64,000 bases of DNA from Caulobacteraceae bacterium (GCA_052387215.1 JBQTJK010000040.1:2530-66529), one strand, 5' to 3'; numbered from the stretch's first letter, positions 32,865 through 43,040 are shown. A program made the numbers and translations. The notes: generated by a model not told the origin, from the sequence alone.

Positions 32865-34712
32865 CTAAGCTGGGGCGATTTCTCCTGTGCCGGGCTCGGG
32901 CGTGGACCTTACCACGAAGGCCGCGGTGCGTGTGTTCTCGTACTCCTTGGTCTGAATGGTGGAGACGGCAAAAAATTCCGCCAGCGCCTGTTCTTTCGTC
33001 AGCGTCAGCACCAGGAAGCCGCGGTGCAACGGATCGGTGAACTTCACATGCGGGTTGCGGGCGCGGACGCCAGCGGCGAAGTCAATGTTGAACGGGGCGA
33101 AATAGTCGCCGTCGCTTGGAGATGTGATCGAAGTCGTCCCGAACTCGGCGGCGACGCGACCTTGCGCGTCATTCACTTCATTGGCCCAAGCGGTGTGGGT
33201 GTCGCCGGTGAGAACAAGCGCGTTGCCGCCGGCGGCGCGGATGGCGCCGAGCACCCGGCTGCGCGCAGCCGGATAGCCGTCCCATGAATCGGTGTTCAGC
33301 GGAAATGGAAAGCGGGTGAGCTTCAATTGCTGCTTCACGCCGGGAAGCAGGCGCTCAAGTGCGTCGGCGAGCTGCGGCGGCGTGTCGGAGAGGTCGGGCG
33401 CGTTGACTGGCGCCATCAGGATCTGATTGCCGAGCACTTGCCAGGTCGCGCCGCTTTGCACGGAGTGGCGGAGTTCGTCAGCCAGCCACTGCTCTTGCGC
33501 CGCACCCATGAGCTGACGATCCGGCGCACTTAGAAGTGTGTTGAGCGCGGGCACGTCGGGCGCGATGAAGAACCCGGCGGGCAGGTTCTTCGGATCGACG
33601 ACGAGGCTTTGCGCACGGCGCCAATCGAGCACCGGACGCAATTCGCCGCGCACAGTTTCGTAGATGCGCGGCAGCAGCTGCGTCGCCGGGACATCGGGCT
33701 CGCCATCGCGTAGCGCCACCGGCGCGCTGGGATTGGTGAAATTCCAGCGCTGCATCTCGATCGGCAGCTGCGCATTGTAGTCGAGCGGCTGCGTGCGCGC
33801 GAGTAAACGCGTTTCGACCATCACGAGCGAGGCGAGATTGCCGAATTGAAACGCGCGGTTGATGGCTTCGAACGCGGCGCCCGCCTGCGGGTCGCGGATC
33901 GGCATCCATTCGTAATACGCTTGCAGCGCCGCCTGCTTGCGGTTGGCCCACTGCCCTTCACCTTCGTTGTGGTTCTCCGCGCCGGTAGCGAAGGAATTGT
34001 TGGCCGTCTCGTGATCGTCCCAGACGACGATCCATGGCGCGATCGCGTGCGCGGCTTGCAGTTCGGCTTCGGTTTTGTACTGCGCATGGCGGGCGCGATA
34101 GTCGGCCAGCCGCGTGCACTCAACTTCCGGCGATGGCACGCGGCCGAGCTGGATGGCGGTGTCGCCGCCAAAGCCGGAGAGGCCGTATTCGTAGATGTAA
34201 TCGCCGAGATGGATGACGGCGTCGATGTCGTCGCGCTCAGCGAGCGCAGCATACGCGTTGAAGAAGCCATGCGGATACGAGGCGCAGGAGACGACTGCGA
34301 GCTTAAGTTGATCCAAGTCGCCACGCGGCAGCGTGCGGGTCTTGCCGATTGGACTTTCCGCTGACCCGGCGCGGAAGCCGTAGAAGTACGGAGCACCCGG
34401 GCGGAGCCCGGTGACATCGGCCTTCACAATGTAGTCGCGAGCTTCGGTGGTTTCGATGACGCCGGTCTTGACCACGTCAGTGAGTTCGCGGTCGCGCCCC
34501 ACGATCCAGCGCACCGGCACCGGGCCAGGGTTCTCCGGCGACACGCGCGTCCAGATGACGACTTTGTTGAGCGTCGGATCTCCCGAGGCGACGCCGTGAT
34601 TGAAGGCGACGGCGCCCTCATAGGCAGGCGTGTCGACGTTCTGCGTGCATGCAGCGACCGCGCCGGTTGCTGCGGCGAGCGCCCCGCGGCGCGTCCATCC
34701 CCGTTGGCTCAT
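32865..34712 (-). CDS. phoD: Alkaline phosphatase D family protein (Tat lipoprotein)
   Basis: TRRGALAA..AAC; FNHGVASGDP, HLGDYIYEY, WDDHE, DSWDGY, LTGDTH. Confidence 0.92.
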   Translation of the reverse strand: MSQRGWTRRGALAAATGAVAACTQNVDTPAYEGAVAFNHGVASGDPTLNKVVIWTRVSPENPGPVPVRWIVGRDRELTDVVKTGVIETTEARDYIVKADVTGLRPGAPYFYGFRAGSAESPIGKTRTLPRGDLDQLKLAVVSCASYPHGFFNAYAALAERDDIDAVIHLGDYIYEYGLSGFGGDTAIQLGRVPSPEVECTRLADYRARHAQYKTEAELQAAHAIAPWIVVWDDHETANNSFATGAENHNEGEGQWANRKQAALQAYYEWMPIRDPQAGAAFEAINRAFQFGNLASLVMVETRLLARTQPLDYNAQLPIEMQRWNFTNPSAPVALRDGEPDVPATQLLPRIYETVRGELRPVLDWRRAQSLVVDPKNLPAGFFIAPDVPALNTLLSAPDRQLMGAAQEQWLADELRHSVQSGATWQVLGNQILMAPVNAPDLSDTPPQLADALERLLPGVKQQLKLTRFPFPLNTDSWDGYPAARSRVLGAIRAAGGNALVLTGDTHTAWANEVNDAQGRVAAEFGTTSITSPSDGDYFAPFNIDFAAGVRARNPHVKFTDPLHRGFLVLTLTKEQALAEFFAVSTIQTKEYENTRTAAFVVRSTPEPGTGEIAPA

Positions 34713-34777
34713 CGGTCCGTCTCCCCAGCCGCACTATGAGGTCTGGCCTGACCTGCGCAAGCGGCTAAGAGGGCGCA

Positions 34778-35812
34778 ATGAGCGGCGAGGACGAGGAATC
34801 TGAGGACGGCGAGGTGCGCGTCGCGGTCGCCCCGGCGGAAGGCGCGGGCGAGCGCGTGGATGCGTGGCTGGCGAAGCTATGGCCGGACCTCTCCCGTTCG
34901 CGCGTACAAGGGCTGATTGGCGCGGGAAAGCTCCGCGTCGACGGCGTACCGGTGGCGCATGCGAAAGATAAGCCGCGTCCGCGTGCACGTTACGAGCTGA
35001 CGCTGCCGCCGCCGGCGCCGGCGGCGCCGCAGCCCGAGAAACTGCCGCTCAACATCGTGTTCGAAGACGAGCATCTGATCGTGGTGGACAAGGCGAGCGG
35101 GATGGCGATGCATCCGGCGCCGGGGTCGATGCGCGGCACGCTGGTGAACGCCTTGCTCGCGCATTGCGGCGACAGCCTATCGGGGATTGGCGGCGTGGCG
35201 CGCCCGGGCGTCGTGCATCGCATCGACAAGGACACGACGGGGCTCGTCGTTGTCGCCAAACACGATGCCGCTCATGCGGGCTTGGCCAAGCTGTTCGCGA
35301 AGCACGATCTGGAGCGGGTGTATTACGCCGTGACGCGCGGGGCGCCGAAGGAGCGAAGCGCGCGGATCGAGAACCGTTTGGTGCGGTCGAGCGAAGACCG
35401 GCGCAAGTACGTCGTCGCGCGCAATCCCGACACCGAAGCGGGTAAGGCGGCGATCACGGACTACTGGACGGTCGAGAGTTACGGCCAGCAAAGCGGCGCA
35501 GCGGCGGGACGCGCGGCGGCGGCGCTATTGGAATGCCGGCTGCACACGGGGCGCACGCACCAAATCCGCGCCCATCTGGCGCATCTGAGCTGTCCGCTCG
35601 TCGGCGATCCACTTTACGGCAAGCAGCGTGCGTTCAAGGCGGAAGGACCGCACGCCGAAGAAGCAGCGGCGGCCGTTGGGGCTTTTCCGCGCCAGGCGCT
35701 GCACGCGGCTGTGCTCGGGTTCAAACATCCGGTAACGGGTGAGGAGCTGCGCTTCGAGAGCGCGCTGCCGGACGACATCGGGGCGCTGCTGGCGGTATTG
35801 CGCAGACTCTGA
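34778..35812 (+). CDS. rluD: RluA-family pseudouridine synthase with S4 domain
   Basis: RVDAWL..SRSRVQ (S4), VDKASGM, HRIDKDTTG, TGRTHQIR, GDPLYG; next to rpoH. Confidence 0.9.
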   Translation: MSGEDEESEDGEVRVAVAPAEGAGERVDAWLAKLWPDLSRSRVQGLIGAGKLRVDGVPVAHAKDKPRPRARYELTLPPPAPAAPQPEKLPLNIVFEDEHLIVVDKASGMAMHPAPGSMRGTLVNALLAHCGDSLSGIGGVARPGVVHRIDKDTTGLVVVAKHDAAHAGLAKLFAKHDLERVYYAVTRGAPKERSARIENRLVRSSEDRRKYVVARNPDTEAGKAAITDYWTVESYGQQSGAAAGRAAAALLECRLHTGRTHQIRAHLAHLSCPLVGDPLYGKQRAFKAEGPHAEEAAAAVGAFPRQALHAAVLGFKHPVTGEELRFESALPDDIGALLAVLRRL

Positions 35813-35903
35813 GTTCTGCTGCGGGGAACTGCAGCCGCCATCTCCCGCTGCGGCAACAACTCCACTACCTTCCCATCGCTGCAAGACTACGGGCGGTTAC
35901 CTC

Positions 35904-36191
35904 ATGTCGATCTTTCCCAACGCCGAGCGCGTGCTCGCCGCTGTCGGCGGCCTGGCGCTGTTTGCGCTGAATGAAGTGCGGATGTTCCATTCGCTGCCGC
36001 GGATGCCCGATCCCGGCAACGGCCAGACCCACGCCGCCTCAATCCAGATTATGGACGCGGCCACGCCGGTCTATCTGAGCCTGACGGACCTGGTCGTGCG
36101 CTGGGGCCTCGCCGGGCTGACCGTAGCGCTTTGCCTGTGGGCGCTGGCGGAGACGTTCGGGCAACCGGACCAGCCGGCCGAGCGGTCTTGA
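35904..36191 (+). CDS. Small two-helix membrane protein, hypothetical
   Basis: MSIFPNAERVLAAVGG..PRMPDPGNGQTH..WGLAGLTVALCLWALA; high-GC3 codons. Confidence 0.6.
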   Translation: MSIFPNAERVLAAVGGLALFALNEVRMFHSLPRMPDPGNGQTHAASIQIMDAATPVYLSLTDLVVRWGLAGLTVALCLWALAETFGQPDQPAERS

Positions 36192-36273
36192 ACCCCCAGG
36201 TTTAGGGCCCATCTCAAAACGTTCCGGACGCCGATTCCAGCGGTTGATTTCGTTTCGCTTGCCGAATCGGTAC

Positions 36274-36288
36274 GTTCCTGTTATGTTC
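36274..36288 (+). promoter_or_regulatory. Alphaproteobacterial LexA (SOS) box GTTC-N7-GTTC overlapping a sigma70-like -10 element
   Basis: GTTCCTGTTATGTTC; TTGCCG-N17-TATGTT at 36259-36287; about 150 nt upstream of rpoH. Confidence 0.6.
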
Positions 36289-36435
36289 TTTCGCTAAGAA
36301 TTGCCTAACGCCTGTCACGGCGAGGGCTTGAACGGGTCCCTATATTAGGGGCCGTGGCGGCAACCGGCCTGCCCTCTTGCGCGTACTGGAGAGGCATACC
36401 AACAGACCGCCCTGAGGAGGGGTTCTAACAACAAC

Positions 36436-37350
36436 ATGGCATCAACCGCGCTCACGCTTGCACTCAGCCCAGAGCAAGGCCTGCAGCGGTATCTCTCCGA
36501 GATCCGCAAGTTTCCCATGCTCGCCAAGGAACAGGAATTCATGCTGGCCAAGCGCTGGCAGGAACACGGCGACACGCAAGCCGCGCACAAACTCGTCACG
36601 TCCCACCTGCGGCTCGTCGCCAAGATCGCGATGGGCTACCGGGGCTATGGCCTGCCGATCGGGGAAGTGATCTCCGAAGGCAATGTCGGCCTCATGCAGG
36701 CGGTCAAGAAATTCGACCCGGACAAGGGCTTCCGCCTGGCGACGTACGCCATGTGGTGGATCCGCGCCTCGATCCAGGAATACATCCTGCGCTCCTGGTC
36801 GCTTGTGAAAATGGGCACCACCGCCGCGCAGAAAAAGCTCTTTTTCAATCTGCGCCGCATGAAGGGCGAGATGGCCGCGCTCGAGGAAGGCGACCTCAAG
36901 CCCGATCAAGTGGCGACGATCGCGCACAAACTGGCCGTCACTGAGGATGAAGTCATTTCCATGAACCGCCGCATGAGCGGCGGCGGCGACGCCAGCCTCA
37001 ACGCGCCGATCGGCGGCGCAGGCGGCGAAGGCGACAGCGAATGGATGGATTGGCTCGCCGACGATCAAGTCGAAGGCACGCAAGAAACGCGTCTGGCCGA
37101 AACTGAGGAATTCGGCGAGCGCATGTCGCTGCTGCAGGAGGCGATGGGTGAACTCAACGAACGCGAGCGCCACATCATCCAGGAGCGGCGCTTGAAGGAT
37201 GAACCGGCGACGCTGGAAGAACTGTCAGTGCAGTACGGCGTCAGCCGCGAGCGTGTGCGCCAGATCGAGGTGCGCGCGTTCGAAAAGCTGCAGAAGGCGA
37301 TGAAGAAACAAGCCGCCTCGCGCGGTCTGTTGGCCGAAGCCGGCGCCTAA
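36436..37350 (+). CDS. rpoH: RNA polymerase sigma-32 factor
   Basis: HLRLVAKIAMGYRGYG, FRLATYAMWWIRA, RpoH box TTAAQKKLFFNLRR, SRERVRQIE. Confidence 0.97.
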   Translation: MASTALTLALSPEQGLQRYLSEIRKFPMLAKEQEFMLAKRWQEHGDTQAAHKLVTSHLRLVAKIAMGYRGYGLPIGEVISEGNVGLMQAVKKFDPDKGFRLATYAMWWIRASIQEYILRSWSLVKMGTTAAQKKLFFNLRRMKGEMAALEEGDLKPDQVATIAHKLAVTEDEVISMNRRMSGGGDASLNAPIGGAGGEGDSEWMDWLADDQVEGTQETRLAETEEFGERMSLLQEAMGELNERERHIIQERRLKDEPATLEELSVQYGVSRERVRQIEVRAFEKLQKAMKKQAASRGLLAEAGA

Positions 37351-37376
37351 CGCGGAACACAAGCCCTGCCCTGGGC

Positions 37377-37412
37377 CGCCGCGGCGTTTAACAGCGCCGC
37401 GGCGAATTTTTT
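37377..37412 (+). terminator. Probable intrinsic terminator after rpoH
   Basis: CGCCGCGGCG-tttaacag-CGCCGCGGCG (self-complementary arms) followed by AATTTTTT. Confidence 0.6.
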
Positions 37413-37522
37413 GCCGGTCGCCCATGGCGCAGCGGATCAGAATAAGTTTCGACGAATTAAGGCTGTAAGCGGCGCCGCATTGACGGAACGCACGCGCAGG
37501 GGCGGCGTTGCGTCAGTGTTCC

Positions 37523-39595
37523 ATGGAAGGTCCGCATCCCTCCTTTCGCGATCGCTTCGCCGCGCTGGGCGCGCGGATCGCGCGCCAGGCCGGGCGCGGC
37601 CGGGAAGCCGTGCGCCGTGCTTGGCGCACGACGGCGGCGGCGCCATGGAAATGGATCGGCATATGGATGGGGGGCGCGTTCGGCGTGCTGGCCGCGACCT
37701 TCGTTCTGTTCCTCACCTTCGCCGACTGGAACGCGCTGCGCGGCCCGATTGCGCGCATGGCCTCCGCGGCCACCGGGCGCGAAATCGTCATCCGCGGCGA
37801 CCTCGACGTCCACCCATGGTCATGGACGCCGGAAATCCGCGTGCGTGATCTGCATATCGGCAACCCGCCCCGCTATCGCGAGCGCGGCGAGTTCGCGGTA
37901 GTGAACGAAGCCGAGGCGGCGGTGCGCTGGTTGCCGCTGTTCGCCGGGCGCTTCGATTTCGTCAGGCTTGATCTCAACGGCGCCGATGTCTCGCTCTATC
38001 GGAGCGCCGAAGGCGTTTCCAACTGGTCGCCATCCGATCCGTCCGTGCGCGGCAAGCCCTTCAACCTGCCTGCCATCCGCGAGTTCTCGCTCAACGAGGG
38101 CCGCATGCGCTTGGAAGACGACAGGCGCAACATGGTGCTCGAAGCGACATTCACGACGCGGGAGAGCAAAGGCCGGAGCGATCCAGGCCAGTTCGCGCTC
38201 AATGGCGAAGGCAAGATCAACAACGAGCCTTTCACCATCGAACTCACCGGCGCGCCGCTGTTGAATGTGCGGCGCGACCAGCCCTATCGCTTCCACGCCG
38301 ACGTGCACGCCGGCGACACACATATCCTAGCCAACGGCGCCATCACCCGGCCGTTCGATTTCAGCTATTGGCACGCCGATGTCGAAGCCACTGGCGCCGA
38401 TCTGGCGGACCTCTATCCGCTGACCGGCCTCGCTCTGCCGAACACGCCACCTTACGACCTGACGGGCCGCTTGGCACGCAATGGCCGCGTGTACGGCATG
38501 CCGAACGTGGCGGGCCGCGTTGGCGACAGCGATTTGCGCGGCGCGTTCACGGCGACGCGGCAGCGCAACGACCGCCTTTTCCTGGATGGCGATTTCCGCA
38601 CCAGCAATCTCGACTTCGACGACTTGCTGGCGGTGCTCGGCGTCCCGCCGTCGACCCGCGAAACCGCCTCCGCCGAGCAACGCCAAGTGGCCGCAGAACT
38701 CGCCGCGCAGGGTCGGGTTCTGCCGGACGCGCAACTCGACATCAGCCGCGTGCGCAACATGGACGCACGCGTTTCCTATCGCGCCGCGCGCGTGCGCAGC
38801 CAGAGATTCCCACTCAGAGGCTTTTCGCTCGACATCAATCTCGACAACGGCCTGCTCAGGCTTGACCCGATGACGCTCGATTTGAGCCAGGGCCGGCTCA
38901 CCGGATCGGCGGCGATCAATGCGCGCGGAGAGACGCCGCGCGCCGACATCGATGTACGGCTCTCGAACGCCAGACTGGAATCCGTGTTGGGGATGCGGGG
39001 TGATCCGCCGCTCACGGGAACGTTGCTCGGCCGTGCGCGCTTGAGCGGTTATGGCGCTTCGGTGCGCGACGCCGCGGCGAACGCCAACGGCACGATCACG
39101 CTGGTGACGCCCAGCGGTGAAGTGCGTGAGGCGCTCGCCGAGCTCACAGGCATCAACGTCACGCGCGGCTTGGGCCTGCTGCTCGCCGACGATGAGGGCC
39201 GAGTCGGCGTGCGCTGTGGCGTCGCCAGCTTCCGTGTGAATGACGGCATCGCACGTGCGCGTTCGATCGTATTCGACACTGAGGACGTGCTGATCCGCGG
39301 CGAAGGCACGGTGAGCTTGCGGGATGAAACCTTCGATCTACGCATCGAGGGCGACCCGAAGGAAGCACGACTTATCTCTGTGGGAGCGCCTATCACCGTG
39401 GAAGGGCGTTGGCGCAGTCCGGAGATCGGCGTCGCAGCAGGCGAAGCGGTGGGCCAAGGAGGACTTGCGGCCGCGCTCGCCTCGCTGGTCGCGCCCATCG
39501 CTGCCGTGTTGCCGTTCGTTGATCTCGGGCTCGCCGAGGACGTGAACTGCACGGCACTGCTGGCCGGACGTGAGCAACCGCCGCGCGAGGGCTGA
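37523..39595 (+). CDS. AsmA family protein
   Basis: N-terminal TM, DWNALRGPIARMAS..GR, GDSDLRG, C-terminal CGVASF..FDT..I.GEG.V.L..E. Confidence 0.88.
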   Translation: MEGPHPSFRDRFAALGARIARQAGRGREAVRRAWRTTAAAPWKWIGIWMGGAFGVLAATFVLFLTFADWNALRGPIARMASAATGREIVIRGDLDVHPWSWTPEIRVRDLHIGNPPRYRERGEFAVVNEAEAAVRWLPLFAGRFDFVRLDLNGADVSLYRSAEGVSNWSPSDPSVRGKPFNLPAIREFSLNEGRMRLEDDRRNMVLEATFTTRESKGRSDPGQFALNGEGKINNEPFTIELTGAPLLNVRRDQPYRFHADVHAGDTHILANGAITRPFDFSYWHADVEATGADLADLYPLTGLALPNTPPYDLTGRLARNGRVYGMPNVAGRVGDSDLRGAFTATRQRNDRLFLDGDFRTSNLDFDDLLAVLGVPPSTRETASAEQRQVAAELAAQGRVLPDAQLDISRVRNMDARVSYRAARVRSQRFPLRGFSLDINLDNGLLRLDPMTLDLSQGRLTGSAAINARGETPRADIDVRLSNARLESVLGMRGDPPLTGTLLGRARLSGYGASVRDAAANANGTITLVTPSGEVREALAELTGINVTRGLGLLLADDEGRVGVRCGVASFRVNDGIARARSIVFDTEDVLIRGEGTVSLRDETFDLRIEGDPKEARLISVGAPITVEGRWRSPEIGVAAGEAVGQGGLAAALASLVAPIAAVLPFVDLGLAEDVNCTALLAGREQPPREG

Positions 39596-39631
39596 GGAAC
39601 CAAAGGTTCCTGCCGCCTGTTCACAAAAGCT

Positions 39632-40408
39632 ATGACCAGTTTCGCGGACGCCGCATTTCAGCCGCCGCCCGGAGCGGAGGCCTTCTACATTGAAGGCCTG
39701 AAAGTGCTGGCTAAGAGCGACATCCCGTTTCTGATCTCCGGCACCTATGCGGTCACTGCGTACACCGGCATCGTGCGGCCGACGAAGGACTTGGACATCT
39801 TCTGCAAGGCCAGCGACTACCCGCGCATCCTCACCTTTTTCCGCGAACACGGGTATGAGATTGAGGTCGAGGACGAACGCTGGATCGCAAAGATCCTTCG
39901 CGACAACTATTTCTTCGACATCATCTACAGCTGCCGCACTTCGGAGATTGCCATCACCGACGAATGGTTCGACGGCGCGCCTGAAATAGAAGTGTACGGG
40001 ACGAAGGTGCGCATCATCAAACCGACGGAGCTGATTTGGTCCAAGATTTTCGTGCAGGACCGCTATCGCTACGACGGCGCCGACGTGGCGCATATCATCC
40101 TGAAGCAGCATGAGGAGATCGCTTGGCCACGGCTGATGCGTTACATGGAGCTGCACTGGGAGGTGTTGCTCTCTCACCTCATCAATTTCCGCTATATCTA
40201 CCCGAGCGACCGCGACCGCATTCCGCGCTGGGTTATGGATGAATTGACACGGCGCATGCAAAGCCACCTCGACATGCCGCCATCCAAGGTGAGGGTGTGC
40301 CGCGGCCGCCTGTTCAGCGCGCGCGACTATGTCATCGACATCGTGGAATGGGGCTATGCCGACATCATCGGCAAGGGGATCGAAGAAAAGCATGACGCGA
40401 TCGAGTGA
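39632..40408 (+). CDS. Nucleotidyltransferase family protein (Pol-beta superfamily)
   Basis: FLISGTYAV..RPTKDLDIF (hG..DxD), FFDII, KIFVQDRYRYDGAD. Confidence 0.85.
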   Translation: MTSFADAAFQPPPGAEAFYIEGLKVLAKSDIPFLISGTYAVTAYTGIVRPTKDLDIFCKASDYPRILTFFREHGYEIEVEDERWIAKILRDNYFFDIIYSCRTSEIAITDEWFDGAPEIEVYGTKVRIIKPTELIWSKIFVQDRYRYDGADVAHIILKQHEEIAWPRLMRYMELHWEVLLSHLINFRYIYPSDRDRIPRWVMDELTRRMQSHLDMPPSKVRVCRGRLFSARDYVIDIVEWGYADIIGKGIEEKHDAIE

Positions 40409-41125
40409 GGCGACCGTGCGTATTGCAGCGATCGGCGACTTACATGTGCAAGAGACGATGACGCAGCCCTACCGGGCGCTGTTCGCGGATATGAGCGGCG
40501 CCGCGGATTTCATTCTGCTCTGCGGCGATCTCACCAATTACGGCAAGCTGAGCGAAGCAGAAGTGCTGGCGGCGGATTTGGCCGCCGTGACAGTTCCGGT
40601 GGTTGGCGTGCTCGGCAATCACGATCACGAGTCAGGCCTGGCCGACAGCGTCAAAGACATTCTCACTCATGCCGGCGTCCGCATTCTCGATGGCGGCGAA
40701 GCATTCGAGATCGAGGGCTAGGGTTTGCCGGCTGCATGGGCGCGATGGGAGGGTTCGGCCGCGGCATGCTCTCGGCGTTCGGCGAGCAAGCGGTGAAGAC
40801 ATTCGTGCAATCATGCCTCGAAGAAACGATGAAGCTCGAGACCGGACTGCGCATGTTGCGGACGGAGCGCGCCATCGCCGTGCTGCACTATGCGCCGATC
40901 ACTGGGACCCTTGAGGGCGAGCCGTTGGAGATCTTTCCGTTCCTCGGCAACTCACGCCTCGCCGAAACGGTGGATCGTTTCGACAACGTGAAAGCCGTCG
41001 TACACGGACACGCCCATCGCGGTGTGCATCGCGGTTCGACGCCGAAGGGCGTGCCCGTTTACAACGTCGCGCGCCAGGTGCTCGCCGCGATGGGAGAGCG
41101 CCCGTTTGCGCTGTTCGAGATTTAG
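40392..41125 (+). pseudogene. Calcineurin-like metallophosphoesterase with a one-base frameshift at about 40718
   Basis: GDLH, CGDLT, GNHD in the first frame; LHYAP, HGHAH in the next; GGC TAG GGT TTG becomes GGC GTA GGG TTT (GVGF) if one G is restored; may be a sequencing error. Confidence 0.85.
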
Positions 41126-41742
41126 AAGCCGAACGGGTTTGGGGGCCTGTAGCCAGGCACCATGAGCAGGACTTGGGTGACGATGACGTTCAGCACGATG
41201 CCGACCACGATCGCTATGATGATGATCGTCGCGAGGTAGCCGATGCGCTTATCCACCGGCGTGCCCATGATGCGCGGCAAGCCGATGTAGATCAGCGCGA
41301 AGGAATAGAGCCCGACGATGGCCAAGATGGCGAGGGGCGGAAAGATCGCGAACACACCGGCGACAAAGAATGCAGTACAGCCGTAGCCTGCAAGCTTGTG
41401 CGCCTGACCCATGTCTTGGCGCGATCCGAAGGTCGGCGCGAGAGCGTTGGCGATAAAGGCGATGACGAACACCGACACGAGCCCCATCGCGGTTTGGATT
41501 ACTGCACCGATCAATCCCGGCACAATGCCGACGCGCCAACCCAGCACGCCAATCAGCGTCATCCCAATGAAGCCGCACAGCGCCGCGAAAGCCGCCAATG
41601 GGAGCACATAACCTAGGTAGATTTTGTTCACGTCCGCCGGTTCGGACGAAATGCGGTCCCATTCGGCTTGCGGTGTCAGCAGGATGTTCTTGATGCGGTC
41701 AATGAGACCGGAACTGGCGGCGCCTGTAGGTTCGGTTGTCAT
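41122..41742 (-). CDS. Yip1 family membrane protein
   Basis: RIKNILLTPQAEWDRI, YVLPLA, ALAPTFG, LYSFALIYIGLP. Confidence 0.88.
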   Translation of the reverse strand: MTTEPTGAASSGLIDRIKNILLTPQAEWDRISSEPADVNKIYLGYVLPLAAFAALCGFIGMTLIGVLGWRVGIVPGLIGAVIQTAMGLVSVFVIAFIANALAPTFGSRQDMGQAHKLAGYGCTAFFVAGVFAIFPPLAILAIVGLYSFALIYIGLPRIMGTPVDKRIGYLATIIIIAIVVGIVLNVIVTQVLLMVPGYRPPNPFGF

Positions 41743-41848
41743 CGCGCTCTCCCATGCGGATCGAGTCGGCGCGATGCTAGGTGCGAAGCCGCCGCGCGCA
41801 AACTCAAATCGCGGCCGCGCGCGCTCGGAACCGGAACTTCGCCAGAAC

Positions 41849-42979
41849 TCAGCGGCCGAAGGCGGCTTCCAAACGCTGTAGGTCGATTGTTTCGGTTGCG
41901 GCGCGAGCCTGATCCATGGTCACGCGCCCCTCAGCGATCATCGCCACGCCGCGGCCTATGACGATGTAGCGCGCGTTATCGCCATCCACTTGCTCGGCGA
42001 AAAACCGGCCGTCGATGCTCTGTGAGCGGGCGTAGCCATTCGCGCGCGCACCCTCCTCGCTGATGTCGAGCAGCGCCGCAGCGCCGGAGGAGTCTACGTT
42101 GTAGGCGAATTGGATGATGGCGATTTTCAGCGTGGCGCCGCTTTGCGCGTACGTAGCGTCGGCTCGCGAAACGCCGCCGCCCCGCGCCGTCGCTACGGAT
42201 TGGCGGGCGAATCCTCCCGGCAAGGAGTCCGGAAATTGTTCCTCGAGCCGCGCCGGATCCGTGAGAACGTGTGCGCCGTCGGCTTGGGCGAGACGCTCAA
42301 TCGCGACCTCTGCAGCGGGTCTGTTCGCAATAACTGGCGCCGGACGCTCGGGGGCGGCGGCTTCGACCGCGCCCGTCAGCGCTTCGCGCCCTGAGTTCAC
42401 CAGCGGACCAATAAAAGCCGCAGCAAGCGCTGCGAGGCCAGCGGCGATCACGGCGAAGGTCAGCGTGAACCGTGGCACGTTGTTCTCGGGATCCGGAAGC
42501 GGCAGCAGGCGGCCCACGCCGATACCGAGCAGGATCAGCGCATAGACGACACCAGATGCGCTAGCGATTGCCGCGAGCGGCGGCGCCAAGGCGCAAAACG
42601 CCGCGATGAGGATGGGCGTGGCTGAATAGGCGGCGAGCCGCTTGGCGCGGTCCGTATCGGGTTCAGCGCCGAAGCGCCGCGCGAGAAAATTGATCACCAT
42701 GGCAAACACGATCACGCCAAGGATCGTGAAGACAATGTAGAGCAGCGCCGAGATTGCCTTCCATATCAGCGCGGCGTCGAGCGAAAGACCGTTGTAAAGG
42801 ACGTTTGCGGCCAAGCCCGCGATCGCGCCGGCAATGGCAAGCGGCGCCACGTAGGACGCGATCAGCGGTGACGGATCCTCCGCCGCGATGCGCTGCCACT
42901 CGCTCTGCGGGCGGAAGAGGATGTTGCGCACCCGGGCAAAGAGGCCCGGCCGTTCGCCGTCCAAAACATCCGTGCTCAT
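41849..42979 (-). CDS. Yip1 family membrane protein with C-terminal periplasmic domain
   Basis: RVRNILFRPQSEWQRI, YVAPLA, AAYSATP; about 170-aa soluble tail (LPDSLPGGFAR..); start ATG 42979. Confidence 0.8.
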   Translation of the reverse strand: MSTDVLDGERPGLFARVRNILFRPQSEWQRIAAEDPSPLIASYVAPLAIAGAIAGLAANVLYNGLSLDAALIWKAISALLYIVFTILGVIVFAMVINFLARRFGAEPDTDRAKRLAAYSATPILIAAFCALAPPLAAIASASGVVYALILLGIGVGRLLPLPDPENNVPRFTLTFAVIAAGLAALAAAFIGPLVNSGREALTGAVEAAAPERPAPVIANRPAAEVAIERLAQADGAHVLTDPARLEEQFPDSLPGGFARQSVATARGGGVSRADATYAQSGATLKIAIIQFAYNVDSSGAAALLDISEEGARANGYARSQSIDGRFFAEQVDGDNARYIVIGRGVAMIAEGRVTMDQARAATETIDLQRLEAAFGR

Positions 42980-43040
42980 GAGCGCCTCTCCCGCCTTCAT
43001 GCTAGGGAGCGAGCCCGGCAAGGCAAGCGCCAATCGCGGC

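Noticed and set aside
35813-35870. Weak inverted repeat after rluD
   Set aside because: Pairing is interrupted, there is no U-tract and no second copy was seen
36327-36345. Sigma-32 promoter CTTGAA..CCCTATAT upstream of rpoH
   Set aside because: Both half-sites look right but are only 5 nt apart, far short of the required spacer; the -10-like part may still be used with another -35
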